Shown here: positions 47,862 to 57,347 of the stretch, one piece after another | How the letters are laid out: the number at the start of each line of letters is the position of its first letter | Position numbering within the stretch: position 1 is the stretch's first letter | NCBI GenBank assembly: GCA_947629205.1 | Contig: CANRCV010000004.1 | Coordinates: 441-64,440, forward strand | Length of the DNA stretch: 64,000 nucleotides | Source of the DNA: an uncultured Bacilli bacterium | Lineage (GTDB): Bacteria; Bacillota_I; Bacilli_A; RF39; UBA660 | Reading direction: 5' to 3' | The notes under the pieces: model-generated | The model's database searches: none | The model's input: only the letters and a program-made list of their open reading frames with translations | Told to the model about the DNA's origin: nothing | Translations under genes and position numbers: made by a program

Positions 47862-48221
47862 TTAATCCTCAAATATTTTATTAATTGGTCTAGGATTTAC
47901 TGTATCTACTGTTTTTGCAACCCCACTCGATGATCCTTTACTCGTTAATTCTTCGACAATTCCTAAAGCTTTTTGAGCAGTAGCGATATGTTCTTGAATA
48001 CTGGATAGATCAATATTTTTTATTTTATCCGTTATACTTTTAAAATTATAATCTGTTTTTGTCTTATTGGTTTTTAAATAATCTTGCCAAGCACTTTCAT
48101 TTTCACCATAAATATCATAAATTTCATATAGTTTTTGCCATGTCGTTTCTCCATTTTTAATATAATGAACAAGTTCTGGATGTGCTTTAGCAAATGTTTT
48201 AAATTGGTCTTTTAAAGCCAT
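47862..48221 (-). CDS. ylbD: YlbD-like putative spore coat protein
   Basis: 119 aa; FAKAHPELVHYIKNGETTWQKLYE...VNPRPINK parallels YlbD FVKEHPKLIKEVRSGKATWQELYE...KRPNHP. Confidence 0.55.
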   Translation of the reverse strand: MALKDQFKTFAKAHPELVHYIKNGETTWQKLYEIYDIYGENESAWQDYLKTNKTKTDYNFKSITDKIKNIDLSSIQEHIATAQKALGIVEELTSKGSSSGVAKTVDTVNPRPINKIFED

Positions 48222-48267
48222 AAAAAATCACCTATTACATAGTATGCAATTTGGTGATTTTTATGGA

Positions 48268-48843
48268 CTATCTCTTACTATTTGAATGATTTTTTATAGA
48301 TTCTATTTCTTCTAATCTTTGCGCTAAGTGTTCCACAATTGTTTCTTTTTGTTTTAAAATCCAATCATTATCTAATTGATGAAGATGTTTAGAATCTAAT
48401 TCTTTATATTGTTTTATAATCGAGATAATTTGTTCATCATCCATTTCTAATTGATTTTTTAAATTTTGATAAACTTCTGTTAAATCAGGATTCGATAAAA
48501 GTTGAATAATTTGCATCACTTTTGGAGTTACTTTTAAATCTTCAGCAAGAACCACCCCTTTATGATCTTGCATCATTTCAGTTAATAAAGTAAGAATAGT
48601 CATTTTGGATTTATACCAAGTACTTACAGAGGTACTCCTTGCTGTTAACTCTTTAGCATCTAATAAATCAAATTGTTTATACAAAGAAATATTTTGCATT
48701 ACTTCTTCATTTGTTAAAGCACAAACCTCATGTAAAGATTCAATTGCCTTTTTTGTATCGGGGAATCCCACTAAATATGTCGTTAAATAAATATAACGAT
48801 TATCTTGCTTCATTTTATCTCTCTCCTTTTTTCTATTATACAA
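48268..48843 (-). CDS. Hypothetical protein
   Basis: 191 aa soluble ORF, no family recognised. Confidence 0.5.
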   Translation of the reverse strand: MYNRKKERDKMKQDNRYIYLTTYLVGFPDTKKAIESLHEVCALTNEEVMQNISLYKQFDLLDAKELTARSTSVSTWYKSKMTILTLLTEMMQDHKGVVLAEDLKVTPKVMQIIQLLSNPDLTEVYQNLKNQLEMDDEQIISIIKQYKELDSKHLHQLDNDWILKQKETIVEHLAQRLEEIESIKNHSNSKR

Positions 48844-48846
48844 CTT

Positions 48847-51363
48847 TTATAATTTAAAATCATCTAAGAAATCGGCCATGGTAAATTCTTTAATTTTGAC
48901 TGTTGATTCGGTTTCTTCTTTGGTCTCTTGTTTTTTCTCATTTGTAATAAAACTCATAAACTCACTTTTTTTAGCTATGAAATCAATTTTATGTTTCGTT
49001 AAAGTAGAACCTGTACTCACCAAATCCATAATTGGAATTTCACTATTTTTAATTTCTTTAATCTCACTATCAGATTTGATTAGAATACTATCTTTGGTAT
49101 TGGTTAAAATTCCATTTATCAGTTCATAATGAACGGTTTTTACTTTTTTAAGTAATGCATTTCCTCGTTTAGCTCTTCCTGTTTCTTCTAATTCTTCTAT
49201 TTTAATTCTTTTAGCTGTTTTTTGATTTGTAAAAATATCTAAGTATTCTTTATGGGTATAAGAATGCCCTGCAACAAGATAGCCTTCTTTTAAATTCATT
49301 CCTTTTACACCACCCGATTTTACACCTGTTAATGGAATTTCACTTGATTTAAATAAAACATAATAACCGGTATTACTGATTAATACAGTATTTTCTTTTT
49401 CTAAAAAGACATCCACAACACTATCGTTTTCTTTTAATTTAATAGCAGACATAACTTTAGAATATCTGGATACCTCATAATCTTTACTACTACTTTTTTT
49501 CACCATACCCTCTTTGGTAACGGTGATAATATTTTGTGGATTCTTTGGTAAAACAAGACTAGATACAACCATTTCTTCTAAATTCATAGAAACAATATTG
49601 TTTATATGTTTTCCTAAATCTTTCCATTTTGCTTCTGGTATTTTATGAACTGGAATATATAAATAATTGCCTAAAGTCGTAAAAACTAATAAAGTATCTA
49701 AAGTTGTTAGTTCATAAAGTCCTGTTACAAAATCTCCTGGTTTTAAAGTGGTTTGTTCTTCTCCACGTGCCGCATAGGATTTAGAACTTACCCGTTTAAT
49801 ATAGCCTTCATGGGTTAAAACAACAACTACATTTTCTTTAGGAATCATATCGGTCATATCCAACTTAATATCGGTAATTTCATCTTTAATAATGGTACGT
49901 CTAGGATTTCCATATTCCTTTTTTAATAGTTTTAATTCTGTTTTCATAACATGTTTTAAAGCTTCTTCATTGGTTAAAATTTGTTCCCAAATCTTTATAT
50001 TTTTAGCTAGTTTAGCCATTTCTTCTTCTAATGCAACAACATCAGTATTGGTTAAACGATAAAGTTGTAATTCCACAATCGCTTTGGCTTGTTCATGACT
50101 AAAAGCATATTCTTTTACTAAATTGTCTATTGCATCTGCTTTATTTTTACTAGCACGAATAATACGAATAACCTCATCTAATATACTAATGGCTTTAATT
50201 AAACCTTCTAAAATATGATAAGAAGATTTTGCTTGATTTAAATCAAATTCTGTTCTTCTAGTAACAACCTCTTTTTGATGAGCAATAAAAGCATCTAAAA
50301 TGTCTAAAATACCAACAAGACGAGGTCGACGATTTACTATTGCTACCATATTAAAATTATAATTCACTTGTAAATCCGTATTTTTAAGTAAATAATTTAA
50401 AATCAGTTCGGCATTCGCATTACTTTTTAAATCAATGACAATACGTGCCATATGATTATGATCAGATTCATCAATCACATCATTAATTCCTTCTATTTTT
50501 TTATCAATTTTTATTTCTGTTATTTTTTTAATTAATTGTTCTTTGATCACCTCATAAGGAATAGAATGCACAATAATTTGTTTCTTACTACCATTTGTTA
50601 CAATTTCACAATCCGCTTTTAAAACTACTTTCCCTTTTCCTTTGGTATAAGCATCTATTAAGCCCATTTTTCCTTCAATGACTCCACCAGTTGGAAAATC
50701 AGGTCCAGGTAGTATTTCCATAATCGATTCTAAACGACAATTAGGAGATTCAATTCTTTTAATCGTTACATCAATGACCTCCCCTAAGTTATGAGTTGGA
50801 ATATTAGTTGCATACCCTGCACTAATTCCTGTTGAACCATTTACAAGTAAATTTGGAAAAGAGGCAGGCAAAACGGTTGGTTCTAGTTCTTCATCATCAA
50901 AATTATAGGTCATTTCAACCGTATTTTTATTAATCGAATTTAACATTTCCTCAGCTATTTTGGATAATCTTGATTCCGTGTAACGCATGGCAGCAGGTCC
51001 ATCACCATCAATAGATCCATTATTTCCATGGATATCAATAAAACACTCACGCATTTTCCAATCTTGACTCATACGAATCATTGCATCATAAATAGAAGAA
51101 TCACCATGAGGGTGAAATTTACCCATGATTTCTCCAACGGCTCTAGCACTTTTACGATGAGGTTTATCATGTTTAAAACCAGAAATATACATACAATACA
51201 AAATTCTTCTTTGTACTGGTTTTAAACCATCTCTTACATCTGGTAGAGCACGTTCTTGAATAATTTCTTTCGAATATCTTCCAAAACCCGTTTCTAATAA
51301 TTCTTCTAAACTATAATCATAAATTTTTTCTATAATCGCTTGGGTTTCACTTTTTTTAGGCAT
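48847..51363 (-). CDS. parC: Type IIA topoisomerase A subunit, probably topoisomerase IV ParC
   Basis: 838 aa; active-site region RYTE; CTD lacks a clear GyrA box (QRRGGKG), favouring ParC; follows parE as in Bacillus. Confidence 0.7.
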   Translation of the reverse strand: MPKKSETQAIIEKIYDYSLEELLETGFGRYSKEIIQERALPDVRDGLKPVQRRILYCMYISGFKHDKPHRKSARAVGEIMGKFHPHGDSSIYDAMIRMSQDWKMRECFIDIHGNNGSIDGDGPAAMRYTESRLSKIAEEMLNSINKNTVEMTYNFDDEELEPTVLPASFPNLLVNGSTGISAGYATNIPTHNLGEVIDVTIKRIESPNCRLESIMEILPGPDFPTGGVIEGKMGLIDAYTKGKGKVVLKADCEIVTNGSKKQIIVHSIPYEVIKEQLIKKITEIKIDKKIEGINDVIDESDHNHMARIVIDLKSNANAELILNYLLKNTDLQVNYNFNMVAIVNRRPRLVGILDILDAFIAHQKEVVTRRTEFDLNQAKSSYHILEGLIKAISILDEVIRIIRASKNKADAIDNLVKEYAFSHEQAKAIVELQLYRLTNTDVVALEEEMAKLAKNIKIWEQILTNEEALKHVMKTELKLLKKEYGNPRRTIIKDEITDIKLDMTDMIPKENVVVVLTHEGYIKRVSSKSYAARGEEQTTLKPGDFVTGLYELTTLDTLLVFTTLGNYLYIPVHKIPEAKWKDLGKHINNIVSMNLEEMVVSSLVLPKNPQNIITVTKEGMVKKSSSKDYEVSRYSKVMSAIKLKENDSVVDVFLEKENTVLISNTGYYVLFKSSEIPLTGVKSGGVKGMNLKEGYLVAGHSYTHKEYLDIFTNQKTAKRIKIEELEETGRAKRGNALLKKVKTVHYELINGILTNTKDSILIKSDSEIKEIKNSEIPIMDLVSTGSTLTKHKIDFIAKKSEFMSFITNEKKQETKEETESTVKIKEFTMADFLDDFKL

Positions 51364-51376
51364 CCACTACACCTCC

Positions 51377-53284
51377 TTACTTTCTAAAATCATCTTCTAA
51401 AGTAAAATCAACATTTTCATTAATCCATTCTTTTCTTGGTTCTACTTGATCTCCCATTAAAAGATGAATTCTTTTTTCTGCAACAGCAGCATCGGTTAGA
51501 TTAACACGAAAAAGACGTCTGTTTTTTGGATCCATGGTGGTTTCATATAACTCATCTGCATCCATTTCTCCTAAACCTTTAAAACGTTGTACTTTATAAT
51601 TACCTTTAATTGTTTTCTTTCTTTCTTCTAATTCTTCATCCGTAGCAATATATTCCTTATCTTTACTACCAATTTCTATAGAATACAAAGGAGGCGTTGC
51701 AATATAAAGCATTCCTTCTTCAATTAAAGGACGCATAAAACGATAAAAGAACGTAATTAATAAAATTTGAATATGTGATCCATCAACATCGGCATCGGTC
51801 ATAATAATGATTTTTCCATAATTCGATTCTTTTGGATCAAAATCTGCTCCCAGTCCTGCTCCAATAGCATATTCAATTTGTTTTAATTCAGCATTGGAAG
51901 CAATATCACTGGCACTCGCTTTTTCACAGTTTAATACTTTTCCTCGTAAAGGTAAAATAGCTTGGGTTTCACGATTACGGAAGGCTTTAGCAGAACCTCC
52001 AGCACTATCTCCTTCGACTAAAAAAAGTTCATTTTTAGAAGCATCTTTACCTGTTGCTTTAGCTAGTTTTTCACTTAACAAACGCTCTTTAGCATTTTTT
52101 CCTGTTCCTTTTCTCGCTGCTTCTCTTGCTTTTCTTGCTGCTTCTCTTGCTACACGACTTTTCATGGCTTTATCCAAAATAGATAAAGCAATCTCTTTAT
52201 TTTCTTCTAAGAAAAATTTTAAATTTTCATACGTAATACTTTCTGTTACACTTTTAGCTTCTGGAGTTCCTAATTTACCTTTGGTTTGTCCTTCAAATTG
52301 TAAAAGTTTTTCTGGTATTTTTAAACTGATAACAACACTTAAACCTTCTCTTACGTCACTACCTTCTAAATTAGCTTCTTTTCCTTTAATTATGTTATTT
52401 GCTCGAGCATAATCATTAAAAGCTTTGGTAATTCCTGTTTTAAAACCTACCTCATGAGATCCACCATCACTTGTTTTAACATTATTAACAAAACTTAAAA
52501 TATTTTCATTGTAAGAATCATTATATTGCATAGCAATATTGACCTCAATTTCATTTTTAATACCACTAAAATGAATAACTTTATGTAAAACATTCTTGCC
52601 TTCATTAATATATTCAACAAAACTAACTAATCCATTTTCATAATGAAACTCTGCTCTTTTATCATCTATTTCATCAACAATTTCTACTTTTAAATTAGGA
52701 AGTAAAAAAGCACTTTCTTGCATTCTTTCTACAATTGTTGTATAAGAAAAAGAAGCATTTTTAAACATTTCATAATCTGGTAAAAAGGTAACCGTTGTTC
52801 CTGTTTTTTTGGTTTCTCCAATCGTTTTTAATGGACTTTCTACTTTTCCACCATCACAAAACCTAATATTACTAATTAATCCATCGGTATAGATTGTAAC
52901 ATCCATTCTTTTGGATAAGGCATTTACAACACTTGCCCCTACTCCATGTAGTCCTCCACTGACTTTATATCCATCACTTTCAAATTTTCCTCCAGCATGT
53001 AAAACCGTATAAATAACCTCTGGAGTGCTCCTACCACTTTCATGCATTCCAATAGGTACCCCTCTACCATTATCACTTATTGTTATACTTTCATCTTTAT
53101 TTAAAGTAATTTTAATGGTATCTCCATACCCATTAATAATTTCATCGATGGCATTATCTACAATTTCCCAAACTAAATGATGAAGCCCTCTTTTATCCGT
53201 TGAACCAATATACATACCTGGTCTTTTACGAACGGCCTCTAAACCTTCTAATATTTTAATTGACGATGCATCATATTTTGCCAT
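51377..53284 (-). CDS. parE: Type IIA topoisomerase B subunit, probably topoisomerase IV ParE
   Basis: 635 aa; GHKL ATPase, TOPRIM (EGDSAGGSAK), PLRGKVLN; adjacent to parC. Confidence 0.7.
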   Translation of the reverse strand: MAKYDASSIKILEGLEAVRKRPGMYIGSTDKRGLHHLVWEIVDNAIDEIINGYGDTIKITLNKDESITISDNGRGVPIGMHESGRSTPEVIYTVLHAGGKFESDGYKVSGGLHGVGASVVNALSKRMDVTIYTDGLISNIRFCDGGKVESPLKTIGETKKTGTTVTFLPDYEMFKNASFSYTTIVERMQESAFLLPNLKVEIVDEIDDKRAEFHYENGLVSFVEYINEGKNVLHKVIHFSGIKNEIEVNIAMQYNDSYNENILSFVNNVKTSDGGSHEVGFKTGITKAFNDYARANNIIKGKEANLEGSDVREGLSVVISLKIPEKLLQFEGQTKGKLGTPEAKSVTESITYENLKFFLEENKEIALSILDKAMKSRVAREAARKAREAARKGTGKNAKERLLSEKLAKATGKDASKNELFLVEGDSAGGSAKAFRNRETQAILPLRGKVLNCEKASASDIASNAELKQIEYAIGAGLGADFDPKESNYGKIIIMTDADVDGSHIQILLITFFYRFMRPLIEEGMLYIATPPLYSIEIGSKDKEYIATDEELEERKKTIKGNYKVQRFKGLGEMDADELYETTMDPKNRRLFRVNLTDAAVAEKRIHLLMGDQVEPRKEWINENVDFTLEDDFRK

Positions 53285-53368
53285 GTTACCACCTTAAATT
53301 AGTATAACATAAAAAAAAAGACGGTGCAAAACACACTGTCAAGAAAATGTCCTATTTTAAAAGAAAAA

Positions 53369-54088
53369 TTAACTTGCTGCTGTAGGAGTTGTATCCTTTG
53401 AAACATTGACTTTATTTTCATCTGTACTAGTAGCATTTATATTAGTACCTTCTTCAATTTGAGTAGCGACTGCTACAACTGCAATACTTGCATTAAATGA
53501 TTTTCCATTAATGGCTGTTGTTGCAGCTGAATCAATCCAAAGTCTTAGTTCATAAGTAACAGATTCTCCAGCTTTTACACTACTTGTTGTTTCATCTTTT
53601 TTACCTTTTAACTTTCCAGTATCTAATTGATAAGATTGTTTAATTTGGTTTTTATTTTGAAAATCATCTAAATTAGTATTTTTTTTACCATTCGTTTTTA
53701 AATTTTGTTTTGATTTAACAGCACTATCTACTTTATTAATAGAGTAATCAATATATTGTTCATCTAAATAGTTATTACTTGAATTATTTAATTGATTTAA
53801 ATAAAGGGTATAACTTGCATCAATATTACAATTATTGGTAAGGGTAAATGTATAGGGGATTTTATTTAAGCCTTTATTGTCTTCTACTGGATACGTATTA
53901 TCCAAATTAATATTAGGACTTATACCTTCAAAAGCCACAGAAAAGCAACCAGAGGTAATTACATTATCTGTTGTTTGTTCTGCCGTTGCCTTCCAAAGTG
54001 CATAACTACTTCCTAAAAACATCGTCATAACCATAAGTATAGCTATTACTGCTAAAGATAAACGATATCCAAAACGCATATATATCAC
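53369..54088 (-). CDS. TasA/camelysin (peptidase M73)-family secreted protein with SipW-type signal
   Basis: 239 aa; ...LGSSYALWKATAEQ...NVITSGCFSV...YTFTLTNNC...GKSFNASIAVVAVATQ parallels CalY/TasA (GGTFAYFSD...NTFAAGTLDL...GNSIKLQFSFEATQ); paralog of N-domain of 27036..28943. Confidence 0.65.
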   Translation of the reverse strand: MIYMRFGYRLSLAVIAILMVMTMFLGSSYALWKATAEQTTDNVITSGCFSVAFEGISPNINLDNTYPVEDNKGLNKIPYTFTLTNNCNIDASYTLYLNQLNNSSNNYLDEQYIDYSINKVDSAVKSKQNLKTNGKKNTNLDDFQNKNQIKQSYQLDTGKLKGKKDETTSSVKAGESVTYELRLWIDSAATTAINGKSFNASIAVVAVATQIEEGTNINATSTDENKVNVSKDTTPTAAS

Positions 54089-54145
54089 CCTATTTTTCTA
54101 TTATCTATTTCTTATTATAGCCGATAAATCGTCATTTGAAAAGTC

Positions 54146-55156
54146 CTAATTTAAATTTTCTAATGCATTTACAGCATCTTGTAAGGTAGAAACAGCAATA
54201 ATTTCTAAATTTAAATGCTTTTTTTCTTTAATTTCCATAGCTTCTTCATAGTTTTCTTCTGGACATAAAAATACATCCGCTTTGTTTTTTTCTGCTCCTA
54301 ATAATTTATATTTAATACCACCAATTTCTCCAACGGTACCATATTCATCAATCGTTCCTGTTCCAACAATCAATTTTCCTTTCGTGATATCTTCCTTTGT
54401 AATAGCGTTATAGATAGCAAGTGAGGTCATTAATCCTCCACTTGAACCACTTTCACTTTCTTTGGTTTCAATACTTACTTTGGGATTGGTTTCATATTCA
54501 AATTTATTCACCATAGCAATTCCTACTTTTAAAGAATCTTCTAGTTCATAAATAGTAGCATAACACTTTCTTTCTTCTTCCCCTCTTTTGACTTTAAAAT
54601 GTACTGTATCTCCTACTTTTAAGGAATTAACATACGTTTTTAAATCATCTAAATCTCTAAATTCTTGATTATCCATACTTAAAATAACATCACCCATTTC
54701 TAAATCGGTATTTGCTTGTTTATCAATATAGATAACGGTATGATAAATATTTTCTATATGAATTTCTTTATTAGCCAGACGAAAAGCACTTAATGTAGCA
54801 TTATCTAATCCCTCTTCTAAGTACAAACGATCACGATATAAACTTTCATCTAAACTTTCATCATCTAATGTAATACTATCGGTTTTTATTAAATCCCAAT
54901 TAGGAAGCAAAAAGGATAAAAGCACAAATGGAATATTGCCATTCATAGCAGAAACATAAGATAAAGCAAGAGTTCCTTTTTGTTCATACGCATCTTCTAC
55001 TTTTACTCTTGTTTCTAAATCAACGATATCTCCTGGACGATAAACGACATAAGGAAGCTTATAAAAAACCAAAAACAAATAAAGAACAATCCCTATTAAA
55101 AATTTATAATTTTCTTTTAAAAGTTTTTTTCCTTTTTCATATACTTTAGTAATCAT
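54146..55156 (-). CDS. ylbL: YlbL/SepM-family PDZ domain protein with Lon-like (S16) protease domain
   Basis: 336 aa; N-terminal TM, PDZ, C-terminal Lon protease-like segment (SGSSGGLMTSLAIY...KLLGA). Confidence 0.75.
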   Translation of the reverse strand: MITKVYEKGKKLLKENYKFLIGIVLYLFLVFYKLPYVVYRPGDIVDLETRVKVEDAYEQKGTLALSYVSAMNGNIPFVLLSFLLPNWDLIKTDSITLDDESLDESLYRDRLYLEEGLDNATLSAFRLANKEIHIENIYHTVIYIDKQANTDLEMGDVILSMDNQEFRDLDDLKTYVNSLKVGDTVHFKVKRGEEERKCYATIYELEDSLKVGIAMVNKFEYETNPKVSIETKESESGSSGGLMTSLAIYNAITKEDITKGKLIVGTGTIDEYGTVGEIGGIKYKLLGAEKNKADVFLCPEENYEEAMEIKEKKHLNLEIIAVSTLQDAVNALENLN

Positions 55157-55195
55157 GCTATCACCAATTTAATTATAGCAAAGGAAGAAGCGTTT

Positions 55196-56104
55196 ATGAA
55201 AAAAAGTTTAAAAGAACAAGAAATTATTTTTATTATTTTACTTTTTATTGTCCTTTTATTTAAAAAGAATATGGTATTTAAAACTTGTATTTTACAAGGT
55301 TGTTTTATTTTTTTTGAAAACGTTTTTCCTTTTTTATTTCCTATGTTTTTAATAAATGATTTATTAATGAATTATCATTTTGATGTTTTTATTACCTATA
55401 CAATTCATCCCTTATTAAAAAAACTATTTCATTTTTCTCCTATTGTATCTTCTATATTTATTTTATCACTATTTTCAGGAACTCCTACCAATGCCTATCT
55501 TATTACCAATTTAGTAAAACAAAAAGCCCTTAGTAAGAAAGATGCATGTATCACATTAAGTTATTCTTTCTTTCTAAATCCTTTATTTTTATATAGTACT
55601 TTTTTAATGTTATTTCAAAGTACTTGGATCAGTATAAAATTAATTGGTATTACTTATGGTCTTAATTTTTTATTTGCTTTTTTCTTTCGTTTTTACCCTT
55701 ATGAACAAACAACCATTCAAAAAAGAGAAAGTCAAAAATTTTCTCTTTGTTTAACCAACAGTTTAAAAAAAACAAGTAATACTTTACTACTCGTTTTAGG
55801 TACTATACTCTTTTATCTTTTCGTATGTGAAGCCTTTTCCATTCTTTTCAAAAATTCAATTGTTAATTGTATAGGAAATGGAATTTTAGAAGCAACGGGT
55901 GGTTTATTCAAATTAAAAACTTTAAACTTTTCGATGAAAGGAAAAGAAATTCTTGCTTTATTTTTTGTTTCTTTTGGAGGATTTAGTATTCATAGTCAAA
56001 TTAAAAATATTATTGATGAAGAAGAAATTTCATATCGTCCTTTTTTAATCGTTCGATGTCTTCATGCTTTTTTAGCCGCACTGATTGGCTTGATAATCCC
56101 CTAA
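55196..56104 (+). CDS. Integral membrane protein, possibly YlbJ-like (nucleoside-recognition/Gate domain)
   Basis: 302 aa, ~8 TM; neighbours ylbL as ylbJ does in Bacillus; weak call. Confidence 0.4.
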   Translation: MKKSLKEQEIIFIILLFIVLLFKKNMVFKTCILQGCFIFFENVFPFLFPMFLINDLLMNYHFDVFITYTIHPLLKKLFHFSPIVSSIFILSLFSGTPTNAYLITNLVKQKALSKKDACITLSYSFFLNPLFLYSTFLMLFQSTWISIKLIGITYGLNFLFAFFFRFYPYEQTTIQKRESQKFSLCLTNSLKKTSNTLLLVLGTILFYLFVCEAFSILFKNSIVNCIGNGILEATGGLFKLKTLNFSMKGKEILALFFVSFGGFSIHSQIKNIIDEEEISYRPFLIVRCLHAFLAALIGLIIP

Positions 56105-56662
56105 AAATTGTTTTTCTAAAAAAGGATTTTCTCCTTGTAAATCTTTTTTCTCTCCTAGATAGAAAAATTCTAAGTCATCAATTGTATTTTTCGATTTACT
56201 ACTTACAATAACGGGAATTGTAAACTTGACATAGTAAAAATCTGCTGTATCTTCTACTGTATTTGAATACGTATAAGAAACACATTGGATACCAAATTTA
56301 GTCTTCGCTGTTTGTTTTTCCAAATTCCATTTTTCTGTTCCATTTTTATTTTGATACGTTAAAGTGGATTCTGTTACTAAAAGAGTAGCTGTTTCATTAT
56401 TTTGATAGGTAAATGTTAATTGTAATTGATTTTGATTACTTCCCGTATCTTGGATACCAATTAATTTTTTTTCTAAGAAATCTTGTTCAATATTTTTTAA
56501 AATAACCGCTCTTGTTTGTTGATTATTGCGATTATAATCAATATTATTTTCACTATTACGAATATCTACCAATAAACGAAATAAAAACATAACAATAATG
56601 GTAATTAAAGCAATACTAATAATTAATTCAGTTAGTGTAAATCCTTTTTGATTCAAATTCAT
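56072..56662 (-). CDS. Type IV pseudopilin (minor, ComGD/GspH-like)
   Basis: 196 aa; MNLNQKG|FTLTELIISIALITIIV class III signal; 33-nt convergent overlap with + gene. Confidence 0.65.
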   Translation of the reverse strand: MNLNQKGFTLTELIISIALITIIVMFLFRLLVDIRNSENNIDYNRNNQQTRAVILKNIEQDFLEKKLIGIQDTGSNQNQLQLTFTYQNNETATLLVTESTLTYQNKNGTEKWNLEKQTAKTKFGIQCVSYTYSNTVEDTADFYYVKFTIPVIVSSKSKNTIDDLEFFYLGEKKDLQGENPFLEKQFLGDYQANQCG

Positions 56663-57273
56663 GTTAATTCCCCCAAACTAAGTGTTGTATAAAAGTACAA
56701 ACAATCGTTATTTTCATCTGTACAAGCTTCTCCTTTTTTCGTTTCCGCAAATTCTGCAATGATACGATATCCCTCTTGCCCATTTCCCCCAATGGTTTTT
56801 AAATATTCTGCAGCTTGGGAATTCACTTGTACTAAAGCTTCACATAAACCTTTTTGATCCGTACAATCTTGTAATTCACTTAAATCATTATAAGTAAAAT
56901 ATAAATTATGAATATGTAATTCTTGATATAAATTCTCACAAAAACCTAAATTATCCTCTTCATTTAAAAATATATCTCCTCGACAACCAAAACTCGTAAT
57001 CATGGATTTAGGTTTTGTATCCTCTTCTTTATTTAAACTAGCCATTAATAAATCAACACGAAAATTTTTAAAAAATTTTTCTAAATAATAAGTACGATAT
57101 AAATAAACCGAATCATTGTATTTCAATCTTGTTTTTTCTTTTTGAATAATACCACTATAACTCGAATAAAGCATAAGTAAAGAAGCCGTCAAAACAGCAA
57201 CTACAATTAAAGTTTCTACAAATACAAATCCCTTTTTTTTCTTCATATTTTGAACGCTCCTTATTGTATTCAT
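56659..57273 (-). CDS. Type IV pseudopilin-like protein
   Basis: 204 aa; ...KKKKG|FVFVETLIVVAVL prepilin-type signal with Glu +5; 4-nt overlap with downstream pseudopilin. Confidence 0.6.
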   Translation of the reverse strand: MNTIRSVQNMKKKKGFVFVETLIVVAVLTASLLMLYSSYSGIIQKEKTRLKYNDSVYLYRTYYLEKFFKNFRVDLLMASLNKEEDTKPKSMITSFGCRGDIFLNEEDNLGFCENLYQELHIHNLYFTYNDLSELQDCTDQKGLCEALVQVNSQAAEYLKTIGGNGQEGYRIIAEFAETKKGEACTDENNDCLYFYTTLSLGELT

Positions 57274-57347
57274 TATAGTAAATTCTAAAAATTTTGTAAA
57301 TCTTTTTAAGTAAAAAAAAGAAGAAAGTAACTTTTTCTTCTATTTCA

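Noticed and set aside
52100-52160. Near-tandem DNA repeat in parE (gcttctcttgc...gcttctcttgc) encoding AREAARKAREAARK
   Set aside because: This is the conserved basic repeat of GyrB/ParE proteins (cf. E. coli GyrB AREAARKARE), not an insertion or slippage artefact.
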